A stretch of DNA of 64,000 bases from Octopus bimaculoides. Its lineage: Eukaryota. Position 1 is the first letter of the stretch. Each line of letters starts with the position of its first letter. The stretch is taken from contig NC_068987.1 of assembly GCF_001194135.2 (NCBI RefSeq), forward strand, positions 107,612,504 to 107,676,503. The letters run 5' to 3'. This document shows positions 13,276 to 25,320 of this stretch, one piece after another. The position numbers were made by a program, and so were the translations under genes. The notes under the pieces were generated by a model. It saw nothing but the letters and a program-made list of their open reading frames with translations, ran no database searches and was not told the DNA's origin.

Positions 13276-14095
13276 AATGCACGTGGAAAGAGTATGATCG
13301 AAGAGACGGAGGGTGGTGGGAAAGAGAGCATGTTGAGAAGGGTGACATTGAGAGAGAAAGAAGCGTATGTGAGAGAGAGATATGAGGGAACTGTGGGGGA
13401 AAAGTGTGTGAGTGGAGTTATAGAGATTGTGGGGGTGTTGGGAAGAGAGAGAGAGAATGGAAGGAAAGAGTGATAGAAAGAAAAGAAAGAGAGAGATTGA
13501 GAGACGAGCGAGAGAGAGAGACAGAGACAGATAGTGGTTGAGACAAGAGACTGAGTGCGTAGTAAATTGAACCAAAATACCCTGGCTAGCATACGCTTTA
13601 ATACCGAAGTGCTCAAACAGATATTCAGAAGGTATGAACTCTCTCGTGTAGACCCAATACAACTGCGTTTCTTTCAGTTCATTTCATTTCATCTCCTCTA
13701 TAAGAATGGAAATATGAATGAAAATATAATACGAAGGAAAAGAAGATGGAACTGAACAGTATGATAAAAACCTGTGGAAAAGAGTAAGATGATGATGACA
13801 AGGAAGAAGAAGAAGAAGAAGAAGAAGAAGAAGAAGAAGAAGAAGAAGAAGAAGAAGAAGAAGACAAAAGGATAAGAAGAAAAGAATGGAAAATCGAATC
13901 AAGTTGAAGGTGAAGTCTAACGAGCAGAATAGTAACAAGGTCACCCGTCACTAAAAACTACCAATAATAAGTATTTCTGCTAGAGACAGACAGCTTGAAA
14001 GTTTGTGGGGAGTAGGACTAGTCTATTGCATTAACCCCAGTGATCTACAGGTGCTTATTTTATCGCGCGTTTGAGAGCATTTGTGTGTTTATATA

Positions 14096-14340
14096 CAGGG
14101 TTGGCAAAAGTCATGCGTCACTAAAACAAAATTCCATAAATACTACTATTTATGATTCTGTAGTGAGTGATTCGAATGGAAAAATGTGTTGCACAAAAGG
14201 GAGTTGAGTTTGAACAATTTTCATGATGTTTCATATTTAGATGCTTTTATTAATATTAAATTCATTCAGCTGTTAAACATAAATAAATCTTGAAATTAAA
14301 TGGTTTTGATTTACTATCAGGTGACGTTTGGCCAACCCTG
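14096..14340. mobile_element. Tc1/mariner-type MITE (245 bp)
   Basis: TA|CAGGGTTGGCAAAAGTCA ... TGACGTTTGGCCAACCCTG|TA: terminal inverted repeats with flanking TA. Confidence 0.85.
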
Positions 14341-14371
14341 TATATATGTGTATATATATATATATATATGT

Positions 14372-14428
<57 letters not shown>

Positions 14429-14513
14429 TATGTGTGTGTATATATGCTAGTGATTTTCTCTTTTCGATCGCAGTTTACGTACACGTACTCGTGTTTGAGA
14501 GGTCGTATCACTG

Positions 14514-14963
14514 AGTGGTGGCTGTAAATTCTATTGAAAATCTGTAGTGATAAACTTAAATCACAAAGCAATGTACTGTTAACACAAAAGTGGGACACAC
14601 AATATGGACTTATAAATCCTCAATATACTTGGTAGTATACTGTGTTTGCAAAACGAAATTCTGTGTACCTAGAAGTAATTAATAAGGGCGTATCAGTTGC
14701 TAGGAGTGTGCTTAATATGAAAATTGACTAAAGTAATATTGTTATATTGCTAAATTTAGTTACTACTTAAGCAATGCATTCATGGATAGCAAATGGGTTG
14801 GTTGTGGTACTGAAGAAAGGTCAATACCTCGTGAGATATGAATATACACCGATCATCTGTATTCTATCTTCAATCGCATTGTTTACATATTCATATACGA
14901 TACGTCATAACTTGCAGTGCTGGCTCTAAATTCGATGGAAAATCTGTAGAGATAAACTTTAAT
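14514..14963 (+). repeat. About 400-bp unit with 42-48-bp direct terminal repeats; possible PLE terminal-repeat partial tandem
   Basis: 14520-14561 vs 14922-14963 match at 37/42 positions; internal CTGAAGA at 14810 is followed by an AGGT/ACCT hairpin. Confidence 0.55.
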
Positions 14964-15108
14964 ATATAATACACATCTATCTATCTATCTATCTAAACCT
15001 AGAAGCAACAAGGTGGGGGAGCTTGTTGCGACAGCGCTTTGCATTGTCAACCCTGTATGTGTGGAAATCAGACGTATTAGTACGCAGAAGTGGGTGTCTT
15101 ACGTCTAT

Positions 15109-15174
<66 letters not shown>

Positions 15175-15242
15175 CTAGTTAGATGAATAGCTAGATAGAT
15201 ATAGACATATGATAGAAGAACCAAGGAAACATTACTTCAACA

Positions 15243-15397
15243 AATGGCTGTGTGGTAAGTGGCTTGTTCACCAGCCACATGGTTCCGGGTTTAGTCCCAC
15301 TGCGAGGCACCTTGGTCAAGTGAGTTCTACTATAGCGTCGGCCGACCAAATCCTTTTGAGCAAATTTCGTAGACGGAAACCGAAAGAAGCCCGTCAC

Positions 15398-15428
<31 letters not shown>

Positions 15429-15652
15429 AATGTGTGTATACGCTTGTGTGTCTGTGTTTGTCCCGCTCACCACCATCGCCTGACAACCGATGTTGGATTG
15501 TCTACGTCCTCGTAACTTAGCGGTTCAGCAATAGAGACCGATGAAATAAAGTACTAAGCTTACAAAGGATAAGTCCTGTGGTCGATTTGTTTGGCTAAAG
15601 GCGGTGCTCCAGCATGGCTGCAGTCAAATGAGTGAAAGAAATAAAAGAATAA
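15243..15652 (+). mobile_element. SINE family 2 (probably OR2/CORE-type), near full length
   Basis: tRNA-like head, GGCACCTTGGTCAAGTG (CORE-like), internal (TA)(TG) tract, 3' GGCGGTGCTCCAGCATGGCTGCAGTCAAATG..AATAAAAGAATAA. Confidence 0.9.
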
Positions 15653-16673
15653 ACGAATATATATATATGCGGTGGAAGACAGTGTGAGAGAAAGAACTCT
15701 GGTGATATGGTGAGAACGAGCACTCTGAACTCTTTAATCCGCTTTCAGTAATGTTAAGAACAGTAACATCGTTAAGTTATTAGAAACTTAGCTTTCTCTT
15801 CCAGTGTTGTCGTATAAAACAATTAATAGATCATTAGCTTTTGATTAATGTTGTTTTTACCGCATCGAATAATTCTTTCTAGTTAGGTATTTAATGTCCC
15901 TTACATTAAATATATTAACACTAACTTATCTCATTTAATTATATATATTTGCCGCATAAATCCGCTCCAGAAATCTCAAAAGCTATCTATCAGTGTATTC
16001 TCGGTCGAAGATTCACATTCTCTCTTCGCGGTATTGCGTAATTAGCATGGTTGTAATTGAATACGATGATAATGATGCTGATGCTGATGATCTGTGTATA
16101 TATATAGATTGTTGTATACTATATATATATATATATATATAAACCAAAATGGAAAAACGGGATAGAAATAATACAGGCACTCCCCATACACACACATGCA
16201 CTTACTAGACATAGACACACATTGAAGAATACGCATGCGCAAATAAAGACGCATACAATAGGAATACAAAATACAAAATGGCTGATCGATAGTAAGGAGG
16301 GACACACAAATGAGAAAGGAGAAAGCAAAGGACCACTGATGAGATCACAGAAGTGTGACGAAAGAACTCTGGCCGAAATACGATTAATGTAATATAAAAC
16401 TGAAGCAAATTAACACCAAATATATAGTGCATGTGTTTTTATTGGCTAAACTGGCAACATGATCAGCCCCAAATACAACAATATATATATATTGATAAAA
16501 ATGGCAAGACAATATAAGAATGAANNNNNNNNNNTGGCTAAACTGGCAACATGATCATCCCCAAATACAACAATATATATATATTGATAAAAATGGCAAG
16601 ACGATATAAGAATGAAAGAGACCTCGATATTATGTAAATAGAGCAATTTATCTGTAAATATAATATGTGACAA

Positions 16674-16858
16674 TTAATCCGTAGCCATGATAAAACTCCG
16701 AGTTTCGGATGCCGGGGCGGAAAACCACGCCGGCATTACTTAACGGTCATTTGCATAGCAATTTTTTTTTTTTTGATAGCCCGATAACTGAAGAGATGCC
16801 GGCGTGAGTTTCCGCCCCGACATCCAAAACTCGGAGTTTTATCATGGTTACTGATTAA
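16674..16858. mobile_element. Fold-back element with 63-bp arms carrying a hammerhead-like motif
   Basis: 16674-16736 is the reverse complement of 16796-16858 with about 6 differences. Confidence 0.75.
16783..16843 (+). ncRNA. Type I hammerhead-like motif, G12A-damaged in this arm
   Basis: GATAA CTGAAGA GATGCCGG..CCGACATC C AAA ACTCGGAGT T TTATC; the inverted arm retains GAAAC and a perfect stem II 3' strand. Confidence 0.6.
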
Positions 16859-17745
16859 CTCATTTCATTTTTCATATTATATATATATATATATATAATG
16901 AAGAATTACACGTATTCTTTTGGCAACGTCCAAAGTTATCGTTCATCTGATTTCTATATTGTAAATCTTTGAATGTGTTCCAGACAAACTGGTTTTCTAC
17001 ACAGAGTGGTATTTAAATATTTAAATATTTGTTTTTAAGCATATTTTGTTCACTCTTATTTTCATATATAACATATAAACGTGCACATCTTTTAAACGTG
17101 CACAACATTGTCATTTTATAAGATTTTACTGACAAATTTTTAAATTACGATAAAGATTTATTTACATGGGAGAAAATTACCGAACTTTCATCTAATTCTT
17201 CCAAATCTTTCTGTTAAAAATTGTAATGGGTTTATCGCATGTGAGGTGTTGTTTATCGCATTTGCATTAAATGCATATTGAATGTTTAAATGTTTATTTA
17301 CTCGTTTCTTTTTGTCATTGAGAATTGAGGCTCATTGAGGTTGATTTGTGTGCTAAAAATAGTAGCTAAATAAGACTTTTTCGATAAATGTTTTAAATTA
17401 ACAAGGGCATTTATTTACAGGAAAAAATTACGGGGGACATCACACGTGTTGTTTACAAAGATTGACAACACGTGCTATTTTCAGGATGTTGATGATAAAA
17501 TGTGCAGTCACGCACAAAATGACAGCTTCCACATCATGTTTCCTGACTAGGTGAGAATTATCAAGCTTTAAAACTCTATAACTTTTTTAAAATATTTTTC
17601 TGGAAAAAAATTAAATAACTCCAGCATCTCAGATTTGGCAGGTGTATTATTGTGCCAAATTTTAAAATTTTCGGTAGACTCTAATTTTTGAAATCCTGAT
17701 AGCCAAACCGATAACATCATGCTTATATATATATAATTTAAATAT

Positions 17746-17929
17746 TAAGGGTGATAAATTGGATATTGATTTAATTAGCACCAATTTAAAACCAATGGCT
17801 TAGCATAAAGAAAATTCAGAAAATTCAGAAAAATTATGTAAGTAATATAATTTTTCTGAATTTTCTTTATGCTAGGCCACTGGTTTTAAATTGGTGTTAA
17901 TTAAATTAATATCCAATTTATCACCCTTA
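17746..17929. repeat. 184-bp near-perfect palindrome
   Basis: 83-bp arms with 4 substitutions plus a 9-nt duplication in the left arm; 9-nt loop. Confidence 0.9.
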
Positions 17930-18110
17930 TTTAAATTTTAAATAATTATGTTCTCTAACTGGCGACGGTTACTGTTGTGAATTATCTTTTGGAGAATGGT
18001 TTCCGGTATTTAGCATGCCAGGGCATTTGAAAATAAGCCCAATGTACACATGTCTAATTTTATGTGGATAACTCGTGTATTGTTCTGCATATTATATTGA
18101 TTTAGAACGG

Positions 18111-18186
18111 TCGTACCGAAGAGCCACGGATATGTTACTTGAGTAAAAATTGTGTTAATGCATTAATGGCGAAACCTGGTCTACGA
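18111..18186 (+). ncRNA. Type I hammerhead-like ribozyme with a U4C core variant
   Basis: TCGTA CCGAAGA GCCA [40 nt] TGGC GAA ACCTGGT C TACGA: stem I 5 bp, stem II 4 bp, near-palindromic stem III, GUC site at 18179-18181. Confidence 0.75.
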
Positions 18187-18746
18187 TTAATTCTTTATTT
18201 TGTATATTTTCATTTGTCTTGCCCGTTCATGTTCTGGTGTGTGCTGAATTTCCCTAGAGAACATTATTTCCTTTTGTAGTTTGATCGTAGATGGTCTATT
18301 TCTAGCATAATGAATGTCCACTTTATATTTATATATACATCACATATCGTATATACACACAGATATACACAAACTCACTCAAAATCACATACAGGCGCGA
18401 GCGCACATCCAAACACACGCACACATATGTCACATACGAAACGATACTTGATTGTTATTTTGGAGTTTTAGCTTTACATCGTTCATCATATGATTGTCTT
18501 GCAAACGTTACATAGTGGAAACTTCGAAGTCAATATTAATCCTGTCTTCGTTGGAATATATCGAAAAGTTTACTGATAAATATCGAGTGATCCCTCAGTT
18601 TCTTATTCGACTGTTTTCATATATAATTATAGTCCTATACACATGCTGATGTGTGTATGTGTGTGTGTGTTTGCGTGTGTGTGCCTAGATACGTACGTAC
18701 ACTCACACACACACTCACACACACACACACACGCACACATACACAC

Positions 18747-18817
<71 letters not shown>

Positions 18818-20369
18818 ACCGCCGTATATATATATACATACATACGTATAATCATGCATAAACACATGNNNNNNNNNNNNNNNNNNNNNNNNNNNNNNNN
18901 NNNNNNNNNNNNNNNNNNNNNNNNNNNNNNNNNNNNNNNNNNNNNNNNNNNNNNNNNNNNNNNNNNNNNNNNNNNNNNNNNNNNNNNNNNNNNNNNNNNN
19001 NNNNNNNNNNNNNNNNNNNNNNNNNNNNNNNNNNNNNNNNNNNNNNNNNNNNNNNNNNNNNNNNNNNNNNNNNNNNNNNNNNNNNNNNNNNNNNNNNNNN
19101 NNNNNNNNNNNNNNNNNNNNNNNNNNNNNNNNNNNNNNNNNNNNNNNNNNNNNNNNNNNNNNNNNNNNNNNNNNNNNNNNNNNNNNNNNNNNNNNNNNNN
19201 NNNNNNNNNNNNNNNNNNNNNNNNNNNNNNNNNNNNNNNNNNNNNNNNNNNNNNNNNNNNNNNNNNNNNNNNNNNNNNNNNNNNNNNNNNNNNNNNNNNN
19301 NNNNNNNNNNNNNNNNNNNNNNNNNNNNNNNNNNNNNNNNNNNNNNNNNNNNNNNNNNNNNNNNNNNNNNNNNNNNNNNNNNNNNNNNNNNNNNNNNNNN
19401 NNNNNNNNNNNNNNNNNNNNNNNNNNNNNNNNNNNNNNNNNNNNNNNNNNNNNNNNNNNNNNNNNNNNNNNNNNNNNNNNNNNNNNNNNNNNNNNNNNNN
19501 NNNNNNNNNNNNNNNNNNNNNNNNNNNNNNNNNNNNNNNNNNNNNNNNNNNNNNNNNNNNNNNNNNNNNNNNNNNNNNNNNNNNNNNNNNNNNNNNNNNN
19601 NNNNNNNNNNNNNNNNNNNNNNNNNNNNNNNNNNNNNNNNNNNNNNNNNNTATATATATATATATATTTATATAACCGCCGTATATATATATACATATAT
19701 TGCTAGATAGATAGATAGATACTTAGATATATAAATATATTTATATATTCCTATGTAGTTTATACTCATGAAAGTGTGTGTGTATGAATTTATATGTTCA
19801 TACACAATACGTGTGTGAGTATGTATGGATATGTATGTGTTGGTGAGTGTGTGCGTGTATAAATATATACATATATGAATACGTATTTCTGTGTATACGA
19901 CTTACGGTCCATGTTTGTACATATGTAATCCTCAGTATGAAGTATTCCTTAATAGCCACATATATATACGCCACCGCACGCCTTCCATGTTTAACCTATA
20001 ACAGACCAGTTTATAGTTCTAGCAATTCAAATGCAAAAGCATTTGGATGTACGGCGTTAAATGTCACTACAAGCGTTCTATTGAAGAAACCTGCGGTACA
20101 TGCGCACGCATACAGATGCACTCTCATGCACATACATACATATAAAGCGACAGGAACAATGTCTTATGGCCATTATAGTGCCTACACTTATTTAAGGAGC
20201 AGAGCCAAGACGAATTTACTTTTATATACAAAGCTTAAGCCATGATCTTTCAGCCTCAAAGCTATACGTACTTTCCCCATTGTTGGAACTTATACCTACA
20301 CTCAAACAATGTATATTCATTGCTATTTATTGTTATTACTATATATCGGAATAGCAACCGTTCCATTTG

Positions 20370-20900
20370 TAAGGCTGCGAATTGGCAGAATAGTTAAAAA
20401 ATGTCGGAGAAAATGCTTTTTTTTTTTATTCATCCAGCTTCACGTTCTAAGCTCAAATGACGCTAAGGTCGAGACTTAACCTTTCATAATTTCGGGTTCG
20501 ACAATGAAAGTACCAGTCAAGTACTGAGGTCAGTGGAAACATCTTACTCTTCTCTTCAAATACACCTGCCCCTGTCTGAGATTTTTAAACAATTATTATT
20601 ACGAGCAGCAACTGTTACATTCGGAAGGCTGCGAGCTGGGAGAATCGTTAGCACTTTGGACAAAATGCTCAGCGGCATTTCGTCCGGCTGTACTTTCTAA
20701 GCTCAAATTCCGTTGAGGTTGTCTTTGCCTTTCATCCATTCAGGGTCGATAAAATAACTACCAGTCAAGAACTGAGAGGATGCTGGGGCTGTGCCGAGAT
20801 TAGAAACGATGAAAGGCAAAGTTGACGTCGGCGGAATTTGAGCTCAGAACGTAGCGGCAGACGAAATACCAATTTCTTTATTGCCCACCGGGGGCTGAGT
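20370..20900. mobile_element. Cluster of three SINE family 1 pieces (+ about 20370-20590, + about 20625-20775, - about 20806-20900)
   Basis: Each matches the head or central segments of 948-1175. Confidence 0.75.
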
Positions 20901-21167
20901 GTTAATGCGAAGGCTAGAGCGTAAGAGAAGCTTGACTGAATAGGTCAGCAGTGAAGCACGAAACGGAATGCTGAAAGAAGAAACTGAATGGTTATGAGGT
21001 ATAGAAAATGGAGGGGAGAAAGTGAAAACAAATTATGTAGGGCAGAGAAGAAAAAAAAAACTAAGTGGGAGTTGAAAGCAAACTAATACGAGAAAGAATG
21101 ATGACAGAAATAAAAACATAAAGAAGGGGATAGAAGAGATAGGAGGGAGAGTGAGAGAGAGAGAGAG

Positions 21168-21220
<53 letters not shown>

Positions 21221-21362
21221 NNNNNNNNNNNNNNNNNNNNNNNNNNNNNNNNNNNNNNNNNNNNNNNNNNNNNNNNNNNNNNNNNNNNNNNNNNNNNNNN
21301 NNNNNNNNNNNNNNNNNNNNNNNNNNNNNNNNNNNNNNNNNNNNNNNNNNNNNNNNNNNNNC

Positions 21363-21454
<92 letters not shown>

Positions 21455-21469
21455 TGTGTCTTAGTGCCT

Positions 21470-21580
21470 GTGCTTGTTCTCTACCACTGCTTGAAAAACT
21501 GGTGTTGGGGTCATAACATGCACGTAATCTTGCGGTTCGGCAAAAGATACTGATAGAATAACTAGAAAGCTTTAAAGAAT
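21470..21580 (+). mobile_element. SINE family 2, 3' fragment
   Basis: CCACTGCTTGAAAAACTGGTGTTGG...GCGGTTCGGCAAAAGATACTGATAGAATAA. Confidence 0.6.
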
Positions 21581-22511
21581 ACGTGAACGAAAAGGTAAAG
21601 ATGTGTGTGTGCGTGTGTACGTGTACGTGTCCGTGTATGTACGTCTACCAGCTGAGTGTTTGCTCCCAATCAGTATATGATGGTCTGGAGTTTCACTGAG
21701 TCAAATGTGAAACCGCCGAGAGGGCCTCCATATCTACTCCCGATTATATAAGAGCTGAATGTAATTTACCGCAAGCATAGTACATGTACTGTTCTGAGAG
21801 CAACAGCTGCAGGTTCTAGATTAGCATACACGCTTTGAGATGATTAATGAACAAAGGTACTTCAAATGGCGTGGACCTATTTTTCGGGCTACGTCTGACA
21901 ATGTTATTCGTTGTTTTCATATTAGGACAGGACACTGCGATTAAAGTGAGATCGGACAGCTATTTCTAGCACATCAGCCGACTACGTAAAAGTTCTTTCC
22001 TTTTAGTTTCTATTTTGATGCTTCTACAAATTCTTAAACGTTTCTTTCATTTGTGTTCGATATTTTCTGTCTAGTTCATTGGCCCCTAAAACATTGCAAG
22101 TAACACTGCTCTTAGTTTCGTTCTCTATCCTCTGCATATTTATATAGTGTTATTTTAGTGGTTTTATTTATTTGTTTTTCTCTCTTTAATTTCCTCTCTT
22201 CAAGTTTGTCTTGGCACGTTTCAAAACCAAATTTCATGCCAATTTCCTTTTCTGAATTTATGCATCGTATCTAAAAGTGTATCCAGTTGTTCATAATCTG
22301 CTGCATACAGCTTATGGTCATCCATATACAGGAAATAATTGATTGTAACAGCATAGCATTTGAATTCACATGCAGTTTAGTTTTAACATGTTAGTTAAAC
22401 GATTCGGCGCCAGGCAAAAGGAAGAAAATGTATTGGAAAAAAATCTGTCATATTAAAATATTTCTCTGTTGAAAGAGATTGGATTCGCGCTCACATTTAG
22501 CTCTTTTGTCT

Positions 22512-23750
22512 GTATCTGTAACAACTGTTTCCTATACTTTTAACTTGCTTCATACATATACTTATTATTGGTGCTATCTTGCTTATGACAAATGATACCA
22601 GAATACAATACCGTGGAAAGTTGTCAAAAGCCTTATGATAATGAAACTGTATCATGTTCGTATTCTTCTTTCTTGTATTACAATGTGAAGTTTAAGCATT
22701 GTTAAACATCAGTGATTTATATATTTTTATGAGCATTTTCGTTTAATTCTATTGATGTTTGTTCTCCAAGTATACATTTATAATTTGTGATAAGCTTGGC
22801 ATTAATTGGCTTTAAGCGTCTTCTTTGTCGTAGTATTCTCGCCCAAAGCAAACCACCGACTATTCTCACTTCTCTTCAAAAATTTAGTACGTCTTCTAAT
22901 ACGAGCCCAGCAACAAATCTTTTTTCTGTATTTTTTTTGTGAAATTGTTTNNNNNNNNNNTTTTTTTTTTTTTTTTTTGGTGACGGAGGATTTATTTTCT
23001 TTTCAGAAGTTAATACTTAACTATCTTTTGAAAATGTCTAATTCTTTGTTTAGTAAGTATCTTTTGTTTTCAGAGCTCATTTATCCATATATTCTGGCTC
23101 CCGATTGTATGAATAGATTTTTTCCCCCTATATATATATATACATGATTTTCTCGTATGCTAGTTTTTCACAATGTTACCTCCGATTTTCATGTTTCCAT
23201 ACGAGTTCTTCTGAGTTGGCAACCAACTTTCTTTATGGCTGTTACAGTTGATAATGAGACTTGGCGATTTATCCAGGAGATTATCACAACCGCACCGATT
23301 TCAGTATGTCCTTGATAGCCAAGATTACTTTCCATTGTACAGTAGCCAATATTTAATCTTTGAAAAAGGTTTTCATAGGCGTTCCTTAGATTTTTAGATT
23401 CGGCTTTTGCTGTTCGCTATTTGGTAGGTATGCTTCGGTGTGGGCGAACGGTCTTTTAACATCACTCTTCTTTATTTCGCTGACATTATGTCTCTCCCTG
23501 TGATGTATGTTCACTAAACTTTGATGTTTGTTATATTAATACAACTATTCTTTTTTTTGTTTATTAATATGCATTCATTAAAAAGTCTTGTTCTTTTTCA
23601 TGCATATGGTTCGTTTAGGTCATTTATTCTTCAAATAATGCTATTTTCATAAACAGTATACAGTATTTCCCATTTACTTAGTGAATTATTATTCTTCACA
23701 TTAACAGTTAAGGTGAAGATATCCTTTACTGATGTGTTAAGGGAAAACGA
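22512..23750 (-). mobile_element. Possible highly decayed Penelope-like element
   Basis: Weak peptide remnants (DKEDA*SQLMPSLS at 22788-22829, resembling the KE..FI....P.LN end of PLE endonucleases) followed downstream by a degenerate hammerhead-like motif at 22512-22561. Confidence 0.3.
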
Positions 23751-24261
23751 AATATATTTGGAATTCTCTCCCAGATATGCTGAAAAAATAAAGAGAAATA
23801 TTACTCATTGAATTATAATTCTCCCCATCACATAATAAATTTAAAGTGTTTCCCTTTTGTACATCCTCTACAATACTATCGCAATACTAACTTAATTTAT
23901 ACTTTACTTCAGTTTGTGATTTTTATTTGTATTGATTATTAAAATTTTGTTTTAAATCAAATTTTCATAGTCTTGTGCTGCATTACGATACGTATCAGGT
24001 TGTAGCCAATACCAATCTTAGTAGAAACCTCAGAAATATAGGAACATATTTTTGACAATACTAAACAATTTTAGAATTAACAATTAGCAATTATGCTGTT
24101 CAGATACCTTGTAAAATTTTCGTCAAATATTCAGTGCTGTTCTTCATTAATTCACAAGGTGTCAATGTATGGTTTCGCTGCAGAACAAGTGCGAGGAAAA
24201 TAGTTATTTCATTGCTTCCTTCTACTACTAACACTAATTTATTATTATTGAATGAGAGAGC

Positions 24262-24446
<185 letters not shown>

Positions 24447-25133
24447 TCTAATTATTATTATTGTTAGCATTATCAGTATTGTATTGCCTTTGCACAGCTT
24501 CTAACGCTGGAGATGTACTACGGTGTCAACTGTTCACTACCAGTGAACTAAGGGTACACCTTTTATTTCCCAGCATCGTTAGCTTTCTTTCGCAATTAAG
24601 ACTATGTCTGGTTTCGTATTCTCTTTCTCATGGTCGCACTGAATCATAAAAACCCATAGGATCTTTGCATTATCATTTTCGATGATGCCTTCGGGTTTGC
24701 GCTCCTACCACTTTTATGCTCTGTCAAGTCAATACTTGTTGCAAAGTGTCCAAGGAACAATAACTGCTATATTGTCATGACGTCTCTTTTCTTCTTTCTG
24801 GGCTAGTGGCGTACATTGGCTCGGAATATGCCACACGGTTTTCCCATTTTGTCCACAAATTCTGCGCTTATCACTTTCTGGTGTGTTGTCTATTCTGTAT
24901 TTCATATAATTGATTCTTAATGCTTGCTCTTAAGCTGCAGATAATTAATTTCCCATTTAAATACATTACAAATATTTCAAATTCAGATGCATTTTCAACA
25001 AAAATTCACCTATATATNNNNNNNNNNNNNNNNNNNNNNNNNNNNNNNNNNNNNNNNNNNNNNNNNNNNNNNNNNNNNNNNNNNNNNNNNNNNNNNNNNN
25101 NNNNNNNNNNNNNNNNNNNNNNNNNNNNNNNNN

Positions 25134-25320
25134 GTGATTTTTCTCCATCTTACCTTTCTCGCATTTATCCTTACTGCAGAAGAGCGTAGGCTCAAAATGT
25201 TAAAGACCTCTTTCATTTTTCCTCGCTGTCAACTTAATACACTCTGTTTGAAGTTCTTTCACCTCGTCACTGTGTTTTCCTTATTTTGGATCCATAGCCA
25301 TATTTGTATATTTACGCACA
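25134..25320 (+). mobile_element. PLE terminal-repeat fragment, family B
   Basis: Homologous to 51620-51770, which lies downstream of the GIY-YIG remnant. Confidence 0.65.
25170..25205 (+). ncRNA. Decayed minimal hammerhead-like motif, family B
   Basis: CTTA CTGCAGA A GAGC GTAG GCTC AAAATGT T AAAG; GAAACGT is changed to AAAATGT, consistent with CpG decay. Confidence 0.5.

Noticed and set aside
16446-16620. About 80-bp tandem duplication
   Set aside because: The copies flank a 10-N gap and differ by two SNPs, typical of an unmerged haplotype overlap.
18790-19700. Repeated TTTATATAACCGCCGTATATAT on both sides of a gap
   Set aside because: Most likely an assembly overlap across the gap rather than a biological repeat.
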